DNA of 64,000 bases from Daphnia carinata (Eukaryota), in NCBI RefSeq assembly GCF_022539665.2, contig NC_081331.1, forward strand, positions 10,726,001-10,790,000. The letters are read 5' to 3'. Shown piece after piece: positions 24,024 to 37,900 of this stretch; the stretch's first letter is position 1, and the number at the start of each line of letters is the position of its first letter. The translations under genes were made by a program, and so were the position numbers. The notes under the pieces are model-generated. The model worked only from the letters and a program-made list of their open reading frames with translations. It searched no databases and was not told the DNA's origin.

Positions 24024-26997
24024 ATGACGGATAATGCTATAAAAAAATCGGCTGATCAAATTCTTGAAGAAATCTTTTCTACACTGGTGAGTGACCCAGT
24101 CAGAAAAACTGAAATTTCAAGTGATTCTCCCATTTTGCCTAGTAATGAATCTCCTCCGTCTAAAGCAGCTACAAGTAAGTGTCAAAAGTTTAATAAAATA
24201 AATGTCAGAGCTCTTCTTTCGGTTGTACAATTTTAGAGAATATGAAACATGTGTTGGCACTATTACTGTAATAGTCACCACACCTTTCAAAGTTAGTCTT
24301 CAATTTAAAGAAAAGAGATGTGCTAAGAAATATACAAAATTCTGATTTGGAATCCAGATAAGGAAAATTGTATAATTTCATTTAACAATGATTTTTTATA
24401 TTTCAGTTACAACTGAGCTGAATCCAGAAATAAGTGAAAACTTGACAATCCCAGATAAGAAGAAAAAAAAGAAGAAAGAGAAGAAGAAAACAAAAAAGAA
24501 AAAGCGAAAAAAGGATGATGAAAATGATAAAGACAACAGAAAGCATGGCAAAGAAAAGAAGAAAAAGAAAGATGTTCTAATTTCATCTAAAAAATCGACT
24601 AAGGAATCAAAGCACAATCCTGATTGCGAAGCCAAAATTAGTGGATCAGTGATCAAAAAGGAAGCCAAGAAAGATGATATCAGTTTAGGGACGAGTCCAA
24701 AAGTTAAAGAGGAAACCAAGAAACACGACAAAATCGTTTCTAAAACTCAGCCCAATGAGTCGTCTCAAAAAGACTATAAACTGGAATTAAAACCGAACAC
24801 CACAGAAGGAACGAAAAAGGAAGACAAAATTGAACCGAAAATAAAAAAAGAAGACAGGGTTGAATCGAAGGTAAAAAAAGATGACAAAACCGAGTCGAAG
24901 CTCCGTGCCAAAGATGAACCCAAAAAAATTAGTAGAACGGATATTAAAGTAGATGGAAATGTCAAGCACCAGTCAGATACCAAGGCCCATGGCGATGGTC
25001 GGCGAAAGAGGAATGAATCAAGGAGAAGTCATCCATCGCCCAAGAGACGAAGAAGTAGAAGTAGAAGTAGATCTCGATCTCGATCTCCAATTACCCGACG
25101 GCCAACATTGCGTCGCTCCCGATCTCGGTCTCCTCAGCGCCGGGCGCGAGTTCGGCCAAGGTCACGATCTCCTGCTAGATCTCTTTCCCATCATCGTAAA
25201 CGTTCCAGATCACCAGCCGTCCAGAAACGTCCACCAACCCCACCAAAATCGCCACGGATCGATAAAGCCCAACTTCTTGAGTTTGCTCGGCAGAACTTGA
25301 AGCGAATGCAGGTATTGGATTTTAACGTTAGAAAAACCGACTAGTAATTAATACTTGTCTGTTTCGATTCGTTAGGAAACGGGATCATTGCCAGCTGGCG
25401 TGGCTGTACCAAATCAGCCAACTGAAGTGACTCTGGCATCTACACAATTTACGGGAAAAACTGTGGCCGAACTGACTGATTATTGCAAACACCTCATGGC
25501 TGACCGGTCGGGTGAAGACGATGAAAAATCGGGGAAGAAAGAGTCCGAGTCAACATTCACTCGCCATCCGTTCCAAATCAAACCGCGTTCGGATACCATC
25601 GTCATGAATATCCGCAATGCAGTAGCGTTGCCCGTCCGCAAGCCGGAAGAGCGTGTAGTGGCTCAGGCACAGTTGAAACAGCAATTCCCCGTTTCAAGTG
25701 GCCAGCAACACTTGGAACTGGAATGGGTCCCAGTCACACCGTCACCCGTTGCGAAAGAATTAAATAATAGCAGCGGTCCCAAACAGGCCCCGAAAGCGAT
25801 CACAGCGTCTGTAGCGCCCACCCCAAGGATCCCACTCCCAGTTGCTGAACCTCCTTCAGCTGACATAGGGTCTATCGTTGCCCAACGTATTTCTTCCATA
25901 CGCAAACTACAAGAAAATCAGTTCGATGTTCAAGCCCGTCTGGAACTTGAGGTCGTAAACTATACCGCTATATTGTGTATGTTAACCATCTAACTATTGA
26001 CTTGGCTTAGTTCAGGAAGCGGAATCAATGACGCAAAATTGGGCCACGTTTCATCATACAAATCCAATGACGGGGGAACCCATTCCGGAGTTGATCAACT
26101 GGTCTGGAGCACCCCAGGTAAATAATACTTAAGAGCCGTGTAGATGTAAACTCATTGGTTTCTTGGTGAATTGCCTATGCAGTCGCCTCAAAAACAAGAA
26201 GTCAAGTAGCACGAACTCGAAGCGTCCATTACTGGAGGATAAGAGGTTTCGTTCCAGCAGCGAAAAAAAAAAACAAATAATTGTTTTAAAAACGAACTTG
26301 CGCTCACGTAAAATCAAATGTATAGTAGTAAGAAATACGATGTGATGATTGGTCATGTCGTCTTGTGAAATTAAATCGTAACTAAGAAATACAACCTGTT
26401 TCTTTTTTCCTTTTTTGTTTAACGTTATGTCTATCGTGAGTATAATCAGGCTTGGGTGAGGAAAGACCAGTTCAGCAGTGCTGCGCCAGTGGCCGGCGGA
26501 GTGGGCATGAAGTTGCTGCAGAAAATGGGTTGGCAGCCGGGCGAAGGGCTCGGCCGCAACAAAGAAGGCACATTAGAACCTTTGTCGCTGGACATCAAGA
26601 TGGACAAAAAGGGTCTCTTGTGCAAAGAGGAAATGATGGGACCCATTCGAGCCACGCCGGCTGTCAAACTTATCCAAGAGTTTCAAGGGAAACACCCCGT
26701 CTCAATCCTGCACGAGCTTTGCACGAAACAGCACTGGGAGCCACCGGTATTTGAGCAAATACTCGACATTGGGCCTGACCATCTCAAACATTTCCTCTTC
26801 AAAGTACGGAGTTAGAAAATGAAAATTCTCTCACGTCTTGTATAACTTGTATCGACGCAATCTTTTTTATGTAGGTCACAGTGAACGGTATCGAATACCA
26901 GGCCTGTTTGGCCAGCACTACCAAAAAAGAGGCCAAGGCCCAGTCAGCAGCAGCCTGCCTCCAGGCGCTTGGCGTCTTCGCACCACCTGGGCCTTGA
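24024..26997 (+). CDS. SON: SON splicing cofactor (Lys-rich region, RS domain, G-patch, dsRNA-binding motif)
   Basis: Poly-Lys tract, RSRSRSRSRSP repeats, IDKAQLLEFARQN, HPFQIK, LKQQFPVSSGQQH, AWVRKDQF, G-patch GVGMKLLQKMGWQPGEGLGRNKEG and dsRBM GKHPVSILHELCTKQHWEPPVF..GPDHLKHFLFKV..KKEAKAQSAAACLQALG. TGA at 26995-26997. Confidence 0.93.
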
Positions 26998-27519
26998 TGG
27001 TCTGTCTTATAACGACGAATTACTTATTTCTTTCATTCGATATGGTGCAATAATAAACCTATGGTCCAGGTGACCAAGTACAACATTATTGGATTAATCT
27101 ATAGACTTTTTTTTTTAAACGGCCCTGTCTACCGTATTGCTATAGTCAATGCTGTAGCGAGTATAATTTTTAAGTCCTATACTTTTTTCGTCAAGATGGG
27201 CTTTAAAACAAATCCGAAAAAATAAGCTGTACGTCTTTCTTCCCACTTGGCCGTCCGCTGCAACGCCTTCACCTGATAATTATGAAATTTCCTACCGCAT
27301 AAGTTAGATGTTAAACATGCATCCATAAGATGTTTTGTGGGTAAGTCTGAATACTCGCATGGTCTGGGTGTAAATCCAATTATTAATAAATAAGAAAAAG
27401 AAGAATGCTTGCTCAGATGTATCAGCAGTAGCGCACTTCCAGTGCTGGTTGGTTCATTTAAGGAAAAAGCCGTTTGAAAATAACAGAAAACAAAGTGCTG
27501 TTAGCGACACTGTATTTAT

Positions 27520-30198
27520 TGTTTTTGACGTTTAATCCAAAAACTATAAGGCAAATTGAAAAACGAAATTGATTTCCGTGATTTTCATTCAATTCTGAAT
27601 CAAAATCATGTATTTTAAATCAAATCTAAATTTTGGCCAAAAATGAAAAAGTGAGGCTATAGCCTTGCCAAAATCCGCAAAATGAAAGCACTTAGATTCC
27701 CTAAAGCGCTTAGATTCCCTTAAAAATCACAATGAAGAAGCAAATTTAAACGTTAATTTCGATAAAGTGGTTTGTTTTTCCGTCAAATCAATGGTTTTGA
27801 AATACAGCGAATAATAACCACAATGCTAGTGCGCCAGTACGCTACAGCGCTAGCGCGATGAAGCACGAATAATCAGTGCATCTCAAAAGCGTTTGATCTA
27901 ATCGAAAAAGAACGGCACATTTATGATTTTCGTTTAATTTAGAATCAAATTCATGTATGTTTATAAAAATCACGACGAGGAAAAAAAACATTCGAAAAAT
28001 TAAACATGGCTGATTTCGATAAAATAAGACGCTAATTGTAAAAATATTTGTTTTCCCGTCCATTTAGCCGTTTTTGTAATCAATGGAATTTTTTAAATAC
28101 GTTTTTTCCGTTTATTCGACACAATTTGTGTGTTCAATTTTGCGCGCTAGTACGCTATAGGACTAGCAAAAAATGCTACATAGATAAAAATCACACAAAA
28201 CATTCGAAATTAAACGCTGATTTCGATAAAGTGGTTTGTTTTTGCGTCATATCAATCGTCCGAATATTCACAAAAACGATTGACTTAGTAGAAATAGTCG
28301 GTATTCAAAAAACGATTGACTTAGGAAAAAAAATAACAATTTCACAGTAATCAGCATTAAATTTTGACTATATCCTGTGATTTTCAACCAATTCTAATGA
28401 ATGTCAGTTTTTACAGTTACAAATTTTAAGCCCGACAAAATTAGCCCGGCCTTGTGTTTTTGACGATTAATTTAAAAACTATAAGGGTAATTGAAAAAAA
28501 AATTTGATTTCCATGATCAGCATTTAATTCTGAATCGAAATCATGTATTTTTAGCCGAACTTGAAATTTGGCCAAAAATGAAAAAGTGAGAAGGCTATAG
28601 CCTTCCCACTTTTGTCAAAATCGGCCAAAAACGACATCTCTTGGAATTCCACGAAGCTTACCCAATATAATGAACATTGAACGCTGATTTTGATTCAGCT
28701 ATTGGTTTTCTCTTTAAACCAGCCGTTTTTAAAGTAAACGAAAACAAAGTACTGTTAACAACACTTTTTGCGCCATAGCGTACTGGAGCGCTAGCGCCGT
28801 CAAATATTCGCTGTATTTCGAAAACGATTGTTTTAATGAAAAAAAGAACAAGTTTCCCGGAATCAGCATTCCATTTTGAGTATATTCTTTGAGATTGAAC
28901 CAATTACAGTGAGTGTGAAAGAGGAGTGATAGAAATTTTAAGCCCGAAAAAATAAGCCCAAGAAAATAAGCCCGATTTTTCTTTTTTTATATATATATCA
29001 ATAAATTTCGATAACTATATATGATTTACGTTCAAAATTTAACAAGGATCACGAAAATGAGCTTAGTTTTTACGTAGAATATATACGTTTTAAGTAATCT
29101 TAAACGTAAAAGTAGATGCACTTTATGTTTTGCGCCGTAGCGTACTGGCGCGCTACCTTCATCAAATATTCGCTGTATTTCGGGCGTGGGGGTGTCTTCC
29201 GTAGTTTTCGACTTATAGCCAGAGTAAACAGAATACGTACACCTTTTCACGTGTGTGTATTTGAGAAAGGTATCACGTAAATATACATATCAACTTTTAT
29301 GATATCTCGTGGTAGATAGGATATAAGAGAGCATACATGCACGTTTCACGTTTGTCTGTTTGTTCTTTCTGTTCTTTTTGTTGATTTTGGAAACGAGTTG
29401 AAAAATGTGCAAAACATGAAACTTGTTTTGGTTTTGAAATTGTAAACTAACGGTGTGTAAACTAGCGCGCTGCTGGCGCGCAAGCATTTATCACCCGTAT
29501 TTTCCGTTTATTAAAAAAGCTATAAGCCCAAAGTAAAAATAAACTTCATTTTTATGATTCTCGTTCAATTTTGAATCGGAATCATGTATTTTAAATCAAA
29601 TCTAAATTTTGGCCAAAAATGAAAAAGTGAGAAGGCTATAGCCTTCCCACTTTTGCCAAAATCCGCAAAATATGAAAGCGCTTAGATTCCCTTAAAAATC
29701 ACAATGAAGAAGCAAATTTAAACGTTAATTTCGATAAAGTGGTTTGTTTTTCCGTCAAATCAATCGTTTTTTAAATACACGGAATATTAACCACAACACT
29801 AGCACGCCAGTACGCTACAGCGCTAGCGCGATGCAGCACGAATATTCAGTGTATTTCAAAAGCGGTTGATCTAATCGAAAAAGAACGACACATTTATAAT
29901 TTTTTTTCACAAATTTAATGTCAAAATTACAACCCTGAATTTCTGCCATGCTCAAAATTAAGCCCGACAAAATAAGCCCGACTTTTTCACCCATATAATT
30001 TTTTTCCTCGAAACATCGTGGTTTAGTTATAAAAATACATGAATTTGATTCTAAATTAAACGAAAATCATAAATGTGTCGTTCTTTTTCGGTTAGATCAA
30101 CCGCTTTTGAAATACATTGAATATTCGTGCTGCATCGCGCTAGAGCTGTAGCGTACTGGCGCGCTAGCATTGTGGTTATTATTCGCTGTATTTCAAAA
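27520..30198. repeat. Mosaic cluster of the same repeat family, with several partial copies in both orientations
   Basis: Core GCGCCAGTACGCTACAGCGCTAGCGCG at 27831-27857 and ~29805-29830; reverse copies or variants at ~28770-28797, ~29133-29155 and ~30136-30162. GAAGGCTATAGCCTTC palindromes at 28590 and 29631. AAGCCCGACAAAAT subrepeats at ~28428, ~28939 and ~29960. Confidence 0.88.
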
Positions 30199-30540
30199 TT
30201 CTGGGATTAAGCAATTAGTTATATTATTTATATTTATATTATATTTTTATTTATTATTTAGTTATATTTATCAACCCACGCATCGTTTGATCGAAATAAT
30301 TTTGTAGGACTAATCTTTAGATGGGCTTCTTTGAACGTACAAAATTTTTTTGTAATGATAAAAAACAAACTTTCTGTGATTTGTGGTAGTTTGAAACAAG
30401 TACGATGAAAAAACGTGTGAAAAGTGGTCGAAATAACTAAAAACCATGGTAGGTAAAACAACTTGTGGTAAAACAAAACAGAGACGGATCAGGTCTGGGG
30501 AAAAAGAAAAAAAAACAAAAAAACAGATAAAATAGTTTCA

Positions 30541-33500
30541 TCAAATCTTGGTCGATTCCCAGTTTTGCAGCTTCCAGATGGGATGGTTTTGCCCGTAAGG
30601 CCGGTCCAGCCTTGGATCATAAGCAGTAATAGCCTTCGATTTGGAGTTTCGTTTTCGTTTCACGCCAGCAGAACGACCTTTGGGCGATGGATGCGCTCGT
30701 AGGGTTCTTACCCTCGGTTGGTGGCTGTTTGAAGTGATGGCCGGGATGGGCTGGCTCGGGCGGAAGGCTGGTTGGATGCGCTCCAAAGCGAGTGTTTTTC
30801 TAAGTGATGGGGAGGATTGATCCAGCGATCTGGCTTCCGAAGGACGGTATACCTCTGGCGTTTTCGAAGACCGTCTTTCGGTATACGCGTTTTCGAAAAC
30901 CGACGGACCAACTAGCCAGTTTGCGGCGGGAGTCGGTTGCTGGGCTCTGGATACTGGAGAACTCGTAGGAGGCTGGTAGTAGGCAAAATTTCGGGCAGGC
31001 GAATGGCCCCAAAACGGCTCCGTTCTGTGAGATGACACCGGCTGGCTAGGTGAGACTACCCAAGTGAACGGATTGGTTACTACAGCATCCGATCTGTTGG
31101 GTATTATTTGTGGGCTGGGCACGATCGGCATCAGTTTGGGACTAGGCACGAATTTCTTCTCTCTTTGTGCGTGATACGTTGTTTCTTGAGACTCTGTTTG
31201 TTGCGTTCTCCCGGCTTTTTTTAGTTTGCTACCGAAGCGGCTGGTTTGTCTTGCAATCACTTCACGTATTCTTTGATTCCTACTCAAACATATAGACTAA
31301 TTGAGCAACTTGGGTCAAGGAAGAAAAAAAAAATAAGGAGAAGAAAACAATTAAGAAATAAAGAGATTACGTTGATTTGTTTGAGGTGTCATCATAGTGG
31401 GCTACGTCTTCGTCTTCGTTAAAGTAGTCGTTCTTTGCCGTAGGTCTGTCAAACGTCTCAGTCACTGTTGAAGATCTCTCTTTGGGTTTGGTTTTACTAG
31501 GCTTTGATTTTGGGGTGGAAGTCGGTGTCGCTTTCAGGGATGGAGATGCCTTGGAAACACCTGGTTTAGATACTGGTTTTGAAGAAGGCTTTATGGGTGG
31601 TAACGTAGCAACCTGCTTAGATGGGGATGTATTCTGTTTCTTAAACGAAGTAGCTTTTGAAACATAAGCAGGTGGTTGAGTAGGCGGTGTCAAGGCAGCC
31701 GCCTGCCTAGGTAAAGTTTGTTTCTTAACAGCAACGGGTTTCTGAGTATGACGAACCGCAGGTTTAGCTTTGCGGCGTCGATCGACTGGCGGTGATTGCT
31801 GCCCAGTTGATTGCTCATCAGCCACCTGACTACGATGGCCAGTCATTAGTGGACCGTTTGGACCCAAGTCAGACCAGCTGAGTTCGGGAGCCATGTCGGG
31901 GCCTGGATGAATAGCTTCGTTAATCCAATTAAAATAGTGGTTTTGATAATCGGTCGTGAATCCTTGGGAAGCTACATGATCATCGGATAATGATGGTGGC
32001 AGTGTGGCCGCAACCTGAGGAGCAGGTCGGGATAGAGGAACGAAGGATTCCCATTGCGATGGGCGGGCAGTTTCCACCTTCGGAGGACCGATCGGTTGCA
32101 GCTCGGCGGAATCCACTACGGGCTCTGATAACTGCTCAGCTGGTTGGGACTGGACCAGTGGAGCGGGTTCTGGCAATTGTTCTATTTCTAGTTGCTGTGT
32201 CGTAGGTTCAGTGAACTTCTGAAGTTGTACGGATGGCCCACGAGCAGCGGGTGATGGAGTTTCAACGTACTTGTTAGGCCGGGTTGCTGCTTTCTGATGG
32301 GATCTTCCTTTGTCTTTCGGTGATGGGGTGTTAGATTGGACCTCTTCCGATTCGCTCAACCAGTTCCAGAACGATGGCGTCCCATATAGATTGACATCAC
32401 CTCCCTTTGGAAAAGAAGAAGATCAAAATTTAGTGAAAATGTTAAAGCTAACTCTCATTTTGCTAGATGTTTGATTTTTCATCGAGCAGAGTAAGCAGCG
32501 CGGAATTTAAACGACCGACGGAAAACAATGTGCCAAACAAGAAAATAAATTGGAACGAACCCATTGAGCCGAAAGTACGGTAAACAGTAAAGCGGAAGAG
32601 GAATCGAATAGAAGTGGAAACGAGGTATTACCTTGAAGAGGTTGCTGTTGAGTTGGTAATGCTGGCGGGTGGCGGAGCACTTGACATTGTACCACCAATC
32701 GCAGGCGAAGAGCTGCTGGCTAAAGATGGTGCCATTAGGACAGAGGAAAGAATCCTGTCGGCCGCTCATGTCGCAAACGTGAAACACCTGTTTAAAAAAG
32801 AAGAATGGCAAACAACGTCGAAGATGAACAAACCGTCATCGCAAACAACAAGCTCAGCTTAGTATCTGCTGGAAACGAACGCAATACAGATAGAAAAGAA
32901 ATCGCTTGAAGTTTAATAGAGGAAGGAAGGAGATCGTTTAATACGCCGAACATAGCACTCATTATTTTTTTTATGTATTGAAAGTCTATTTTGTTGTTGT
33001 TGTTGCATCTATGCAGTGGAAAGGAAGCCAAGGCAGATGCTATCGTCCTTAAATTGTTGAAGATGATCGAGCCCATGTGTGTCGCATCCCACGCCGTTAT
33101 TGGAGAAAGTAGCCGAAGGGAAATGTTCTAATTGGTTTGTAGTTATGGCGGACAGTTTCCCAGTTACGAGAAACAATGAAGAAGAAAAAAAAATTGGGGA
33201 GAAAAAGGAAAATCGTTGGGGAAAATAAAAGGCGACGAAACTCACGAAAATATTTCGTTCTATGTCAATGGACCATTTCATTTCCTCTTCATTCAGCTAA
33301 GTAGATTACAAGTTTTCAGATTATTCTATAAAGTTTTCTTTGGAGATTTTGGTTATATAGCACCACCCCGCTCATTTCGCTTTGCTCTAACTTTTTCAAA
33401 TGTTCTAAATTTCTTTTTGCCATTCGGCGAGGGTAATTGTACGCTAGGCTGATAAGTCGAAACACAAGGAAAAACGAATAGATGAGCAAAATTCCAGGAA

Positions 33501-34944
33501 ACAATCTTATTCCAATGGTCGATTCTATTACCTATTCTTTTGTTTCACCGGAATGGCGTCGCCAAAACGAGGATTTGAATGAGAGCAAATGCAAAAATGC
33601 TACTTTTGTAGGACGGAAGTCACGGCAAGCCTAGTTTCGAGTGTCGTGACTTTCATTGTCAAAATGGCTAACTATTTTTTTTTTACCAAGTTAACTCCGA
33701 GCTTAAGAAGATGTTCAGAAATCACAAGCATTTTAGCCATCACTGCCATCAGGATATAGAGAAACAGAACGATAGAAGAAAAGAACAAAGGCTTGAAAAA
33801 CAGGTGGGCATAATCTTGCACGAACATTTACCACCTACGGTCGTAATTGAAGGGAAACAAAAAAAAAGGTAGATCCAAAGAATGTTTACGTTGTGTGGGG
33901 CCACTAAAGCGGCTGTTGCAGCACAGGTATGATGGTTACGATAGGCATGAGAAGCTAAAAATTCTGTACTACTTTACATACATTTTGTTTCCTGCCGAGC
34001 TCAATACGCTATAGTTTGCCAAAGCTTTGGCTGTTGTTTCGCCGTACGCACGTAAAACGAAAATAAATACCAAGGAAAATAAGGCCACGTGAAGCTTCTA
34101 AGTCTTCCTTCTAATATCATATCTTTTTTTTTTGTCGAATGTTCATCGACAAGTTAAAAACGTTTTGTTTTGGTATCTGTAAAAAAAAATCTGTGTCGTT
34201 CTGCTTGGCAAACGAATGTGCCTTTTTAAACAGCGCAAAGAAAGTTGACTGAGGAAAAACGTAAACTAGTAAAGACAATCTACTACGCTGGCTTGCATTA
34301 CAAAATATGTAAATGGCCAGAGACAAAACATTAGCCGAGAACAACAATGAAATCCTGTCGTTTTAATAGAAGTGAAATGATCGAATAATTTCTAGGTTTT
34401 TAAAACAAAGAGGACTTACTTGACAAGCCGTTTGAGTATCGCCATAGAAACCGGGCGCACGACCTCGACAGTGGAAATCAGTCAGTGGAATGGACGGTAA
34501 AATGGGGTAGTCAATGCCTGGGTCTCCCGGTAATCCAGACTTTGGCAATGCAGTTGATTGAACTGGATTCGGATCCTCTTCGGATGAGCTAGAACTTTCT
34601 TCTCCGGACGCCCTGTGTTCGGGGCTGATGTCAGAGCTCATCGCCAGATGATCGAAATGATAAATCCTACCGCCACTATTCCAGTCCAGCTGGCGTTTCT
34701 GAATTTATCCAATTTGCATATCGTCAGTGTCTTATGACGTCACGCAATCAATAGACATGTTTTCCTAATTATTATACCTGGCGGTGAGGCTGTTCCATCT
34801 CGAAGGTGGGACAGACCAAAGACGACCAAACTGTAAATAATGGCGGGGACCGTTAGAATTTTTGCATAATGAAATGTACTAAATTCCGCAAGTGTGTGGT
34901 AAGTTCAACTTACGGCAGGCAAGGTACAAGGCGACGATCCTCAT
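30541..34944 (-). CDS. Secreted chitin-binding peritrophin-A (CBM14) protein with a long Pro/Ser/Thr/Gln-rich tail (gene 1)
   Basis: Signal peptide MRIVALYLAC/.. and the six-Cys domain PGDPGIDYPILPSIPLTDFHCRGRAPGFYGDTQTACQ/VFHVCDMSGRQDSFLCPNGTIFSQQLFACDWWYNVKC. Exons ~34944-34914, 34832-34778, 34698-34420, 32787-32632, 32405-31371 and 31279-30541. Confidence 0.9.
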
Positions 34945-37900
34945 GGTCGAATGGCACTCGACTGCGAGAGCGCTATAGCTATATCTCAATTTCTTTAGCT
35001 GGCGTGGCTGTTCTGGATAAGCTATATGTAGCTTCGGAACGCAATTGAACACGCTAGTTGAAAACAATTGACGAAATCGCACAGTATGAGGCGAAAAAAA
35101 TTATAAATCTAAAACCATAGACTGGGCCTGGCCGCGCTCGCGTTAGTGCGAGTGTATTGGACGTTGAGCACAGCAAAACTATTTGAACGTCCTGATGGCC
35201 AGCGGAAGACTGCGGTTGATCAGACCTAGTTCCACTGACTTGTATTTATACCGACACGAGCCTGCAGGCGCATGTATGACTCGTACCGTACGTGGCGCTC
35301 TTTTTCATTTCCTCTTTTCGCCAACACTTCATCGTCTTTCTCCCCTTCTTCATCAAATATACTTACCACCCAGGTTATAATTTATGCTATCATTTCTTTT
35401 CCTCCACTCCGTTTCCATCTTCTTATTTCAGTTTAGCACCTGAGGGCCCTTGTTTATGGAGCTATAATCCACTTGGAAGGTAAAAAGAATATGAGCTCTC
35501 GAATCGAGCTATTTGGCCTGGACTTGACGCTGTTAAATTAGAGCTAAATCTAACATACACTGCTATGTTTTAGCTCTGGAATTCAACAGCAGACATTACG
35601 TTCACCCATTTTTTATAGCGATCAATTTTCAATATGTTTACGAAATCTCAAGCAAATATTGACGACAGGAAAGTCAACACAATGGCCGTGGTTACAGCCG
35701 ATAACGACCTGATCAACATCTGAGTTTCCTCGCTTTGAAAAACGACTGGAAAGGAGGAAGAAGAACGGGAGTGTAACGCAAACGACCCATTAAAATAGAT
35801 GACCATATTGCAGCCTACTGGCTCGATGTGGTTGGCGATCTCTCTTTCACTTGCTATCTTTTAATTGCCGATGATGCTCGAGTTATTAAAAGGAACAAAA
35901 ATTCGTCCACGAATGGAAACCTCTGGTGAAAAGCAACGAGGCAACGAGAGAGAGCGCTTCCTTGTGTGCCCTGCGATGGACAAAACGATATTCACTGCAT
36001 TATTGCATTGCAGAACTCGTGGACGGGACTGCTCTTCTGACGCGCTGGGGAAAGTTATGTTTTACCGCATGTATTTACATTTGATTTATGTGCGTCTTTT
36101 TTCCGCTCGAGAGAAATGTCAGATTAAAATGCAGATAGCGTGCGAATGCGCAACTTTTCCATTTTGTTTTCAAAAATTAAAAGGCAAGATAAAAATGTCT
36201 TCGTCTTCGTCTATGTTTATTTTATACAAAAGCGACTTTCATAATTCTGTTTTCTCGGACGTGCACAATTTGGAAGAGAGAAAATGATTCGTGAGCTGCA
36301 AGCACACGATCTTTAGCCCCCCTTGATGTTAAACTGTTTATTGTTGTCCCTGCGTAAATTTTTTTTTTCCTCTGCGCAAAGTAGAAACAAAAAAAAACTA
36401 TTTTTCTCACTGTGTAAGGTGCAGCATTCAACAACCGGAAATCACCGTGAAAGTCCATTAATTACACCTGGCGCTTTCCGACGGGAGTGCCATTTTTTCA
36501 CGCTCTACAAAAAAGAAGAAGAGAACCAGAAAGCTTAATCTATATATAGTCGCAATTAAGGTGCACATATTTTCGTTAAAAAATTCTGGAATTCTGTGCT
36601 CTGCGTTAAGTGTATCGTAAAGCGCAACGAATATCATAGTCCGCTTGTTGTTGTTTTATTTTTGTTTTGTGTTGTTGTTGAATTTAAATGTTCCAGACGA
36701 GACGGTTTTTAATCGAACGCATCATTTGGCCGGATCTTGCTAAAACATTATATCAATAAATAGCAAATGCTGGAAAGAAAAATTCAGATTTAACCAGCTC
36801 GAATAGTTCTGACAAATCGCAGACACTATTGAATCAGCAACGGGGCAGAATGAAAGATACAAATTCTGTTCCGTCATCCTTAACCGCGTTTCTTTCTGTA
36901 CGAAACAAAAAGGAAAACAAATCTGAAATTTCTCTACGACAGGTCGTTTAGTATAAAAAAAAAAAAACTCAAGAATTTACATATTCAACGACAGCTGACA
37001 CGCTCGCTTGAGTAGCTGTCTGCGGTTTGGACATAGCAGCGGGTTTACGAATAGGTATACAAGCACACTTTCTTTAGTTTCTCAAAGGGAGAAAGTATAG
37101 AGCAAAACTTATCACAACAACAGGAACCGACGTAATCAGTGCAAATGCAAAAAGCGTACCCTAAAAACGAACAAAAACAAAAATTTCAAACGAGGGAAAA
37201 GTAAGGCAATAGTGCTGCAAACAAAGGATACATAAACAACTGGTTCGGAAAAATGTGTGTATTTACTCATCCTCGGCTTGCATTTATGATGGGATATAAT
37301 ATAATGGATATAGAACAGACCGTGTACCGTCTGCCATAGGTTATGGGATAGGTCTGCGTGTCAGTGTGTTTATACTGTATATATATATATATATACGTGT
37401 GAGTAGTCGGTCTACAACTCTCTCAATAATAACGTGTGCGTAACTTTCAAAAAAAAAAATAATAACAACGAAAAATCAGAGTAGAAAAACGAATTTTACT
37501 CAGGTGAAAGAAGGAAAGAGAAATGAAACAAAACTAAGGAGGAAAAAGTCATCTGTTGTGCTGTTATATGAACGTTATGGAAAGAGGGAAAAGCGACCGC
37601 GAGAGATTTCAAAAACGCCATTCAAAGGTATAGTACAGAACCAGACGCACAGACACACACAGGTATTACACGTAGTATACATAATGTATTTATATGTAGA
37701 GAGTAAATGACTTTTTTTTTGTTTTATTTTTGTAATTGCGGATTGATTGTAAGAGCTGAATCTATTATCATTAGAGGCTGTACTTGGTAAGTATTGGAAT
37801 ACTAATTAATCTATTGGTATATACGTATCAGAAAGCCATTGTTCATCCACTAAGCAGCAAATTTGCATTACAAACATATCAATTTCAAGTTGGGAAAAAA

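Noticed and set aside
26340..26400. C-box-like GTGATGA in the long SON intron (possible C/D snoRNA)
   Set aside because: No CTGA D box or terminal stem at a suitable distance.
27520..30198. Short ORFs and CRISPR-like recurrence of a palindromic motif in the repeat patch
   Set aside because: Eukaryotic context, irregular spacing and orientation, intervening sequences are themselves repeats, and no cas or transposase motifs.
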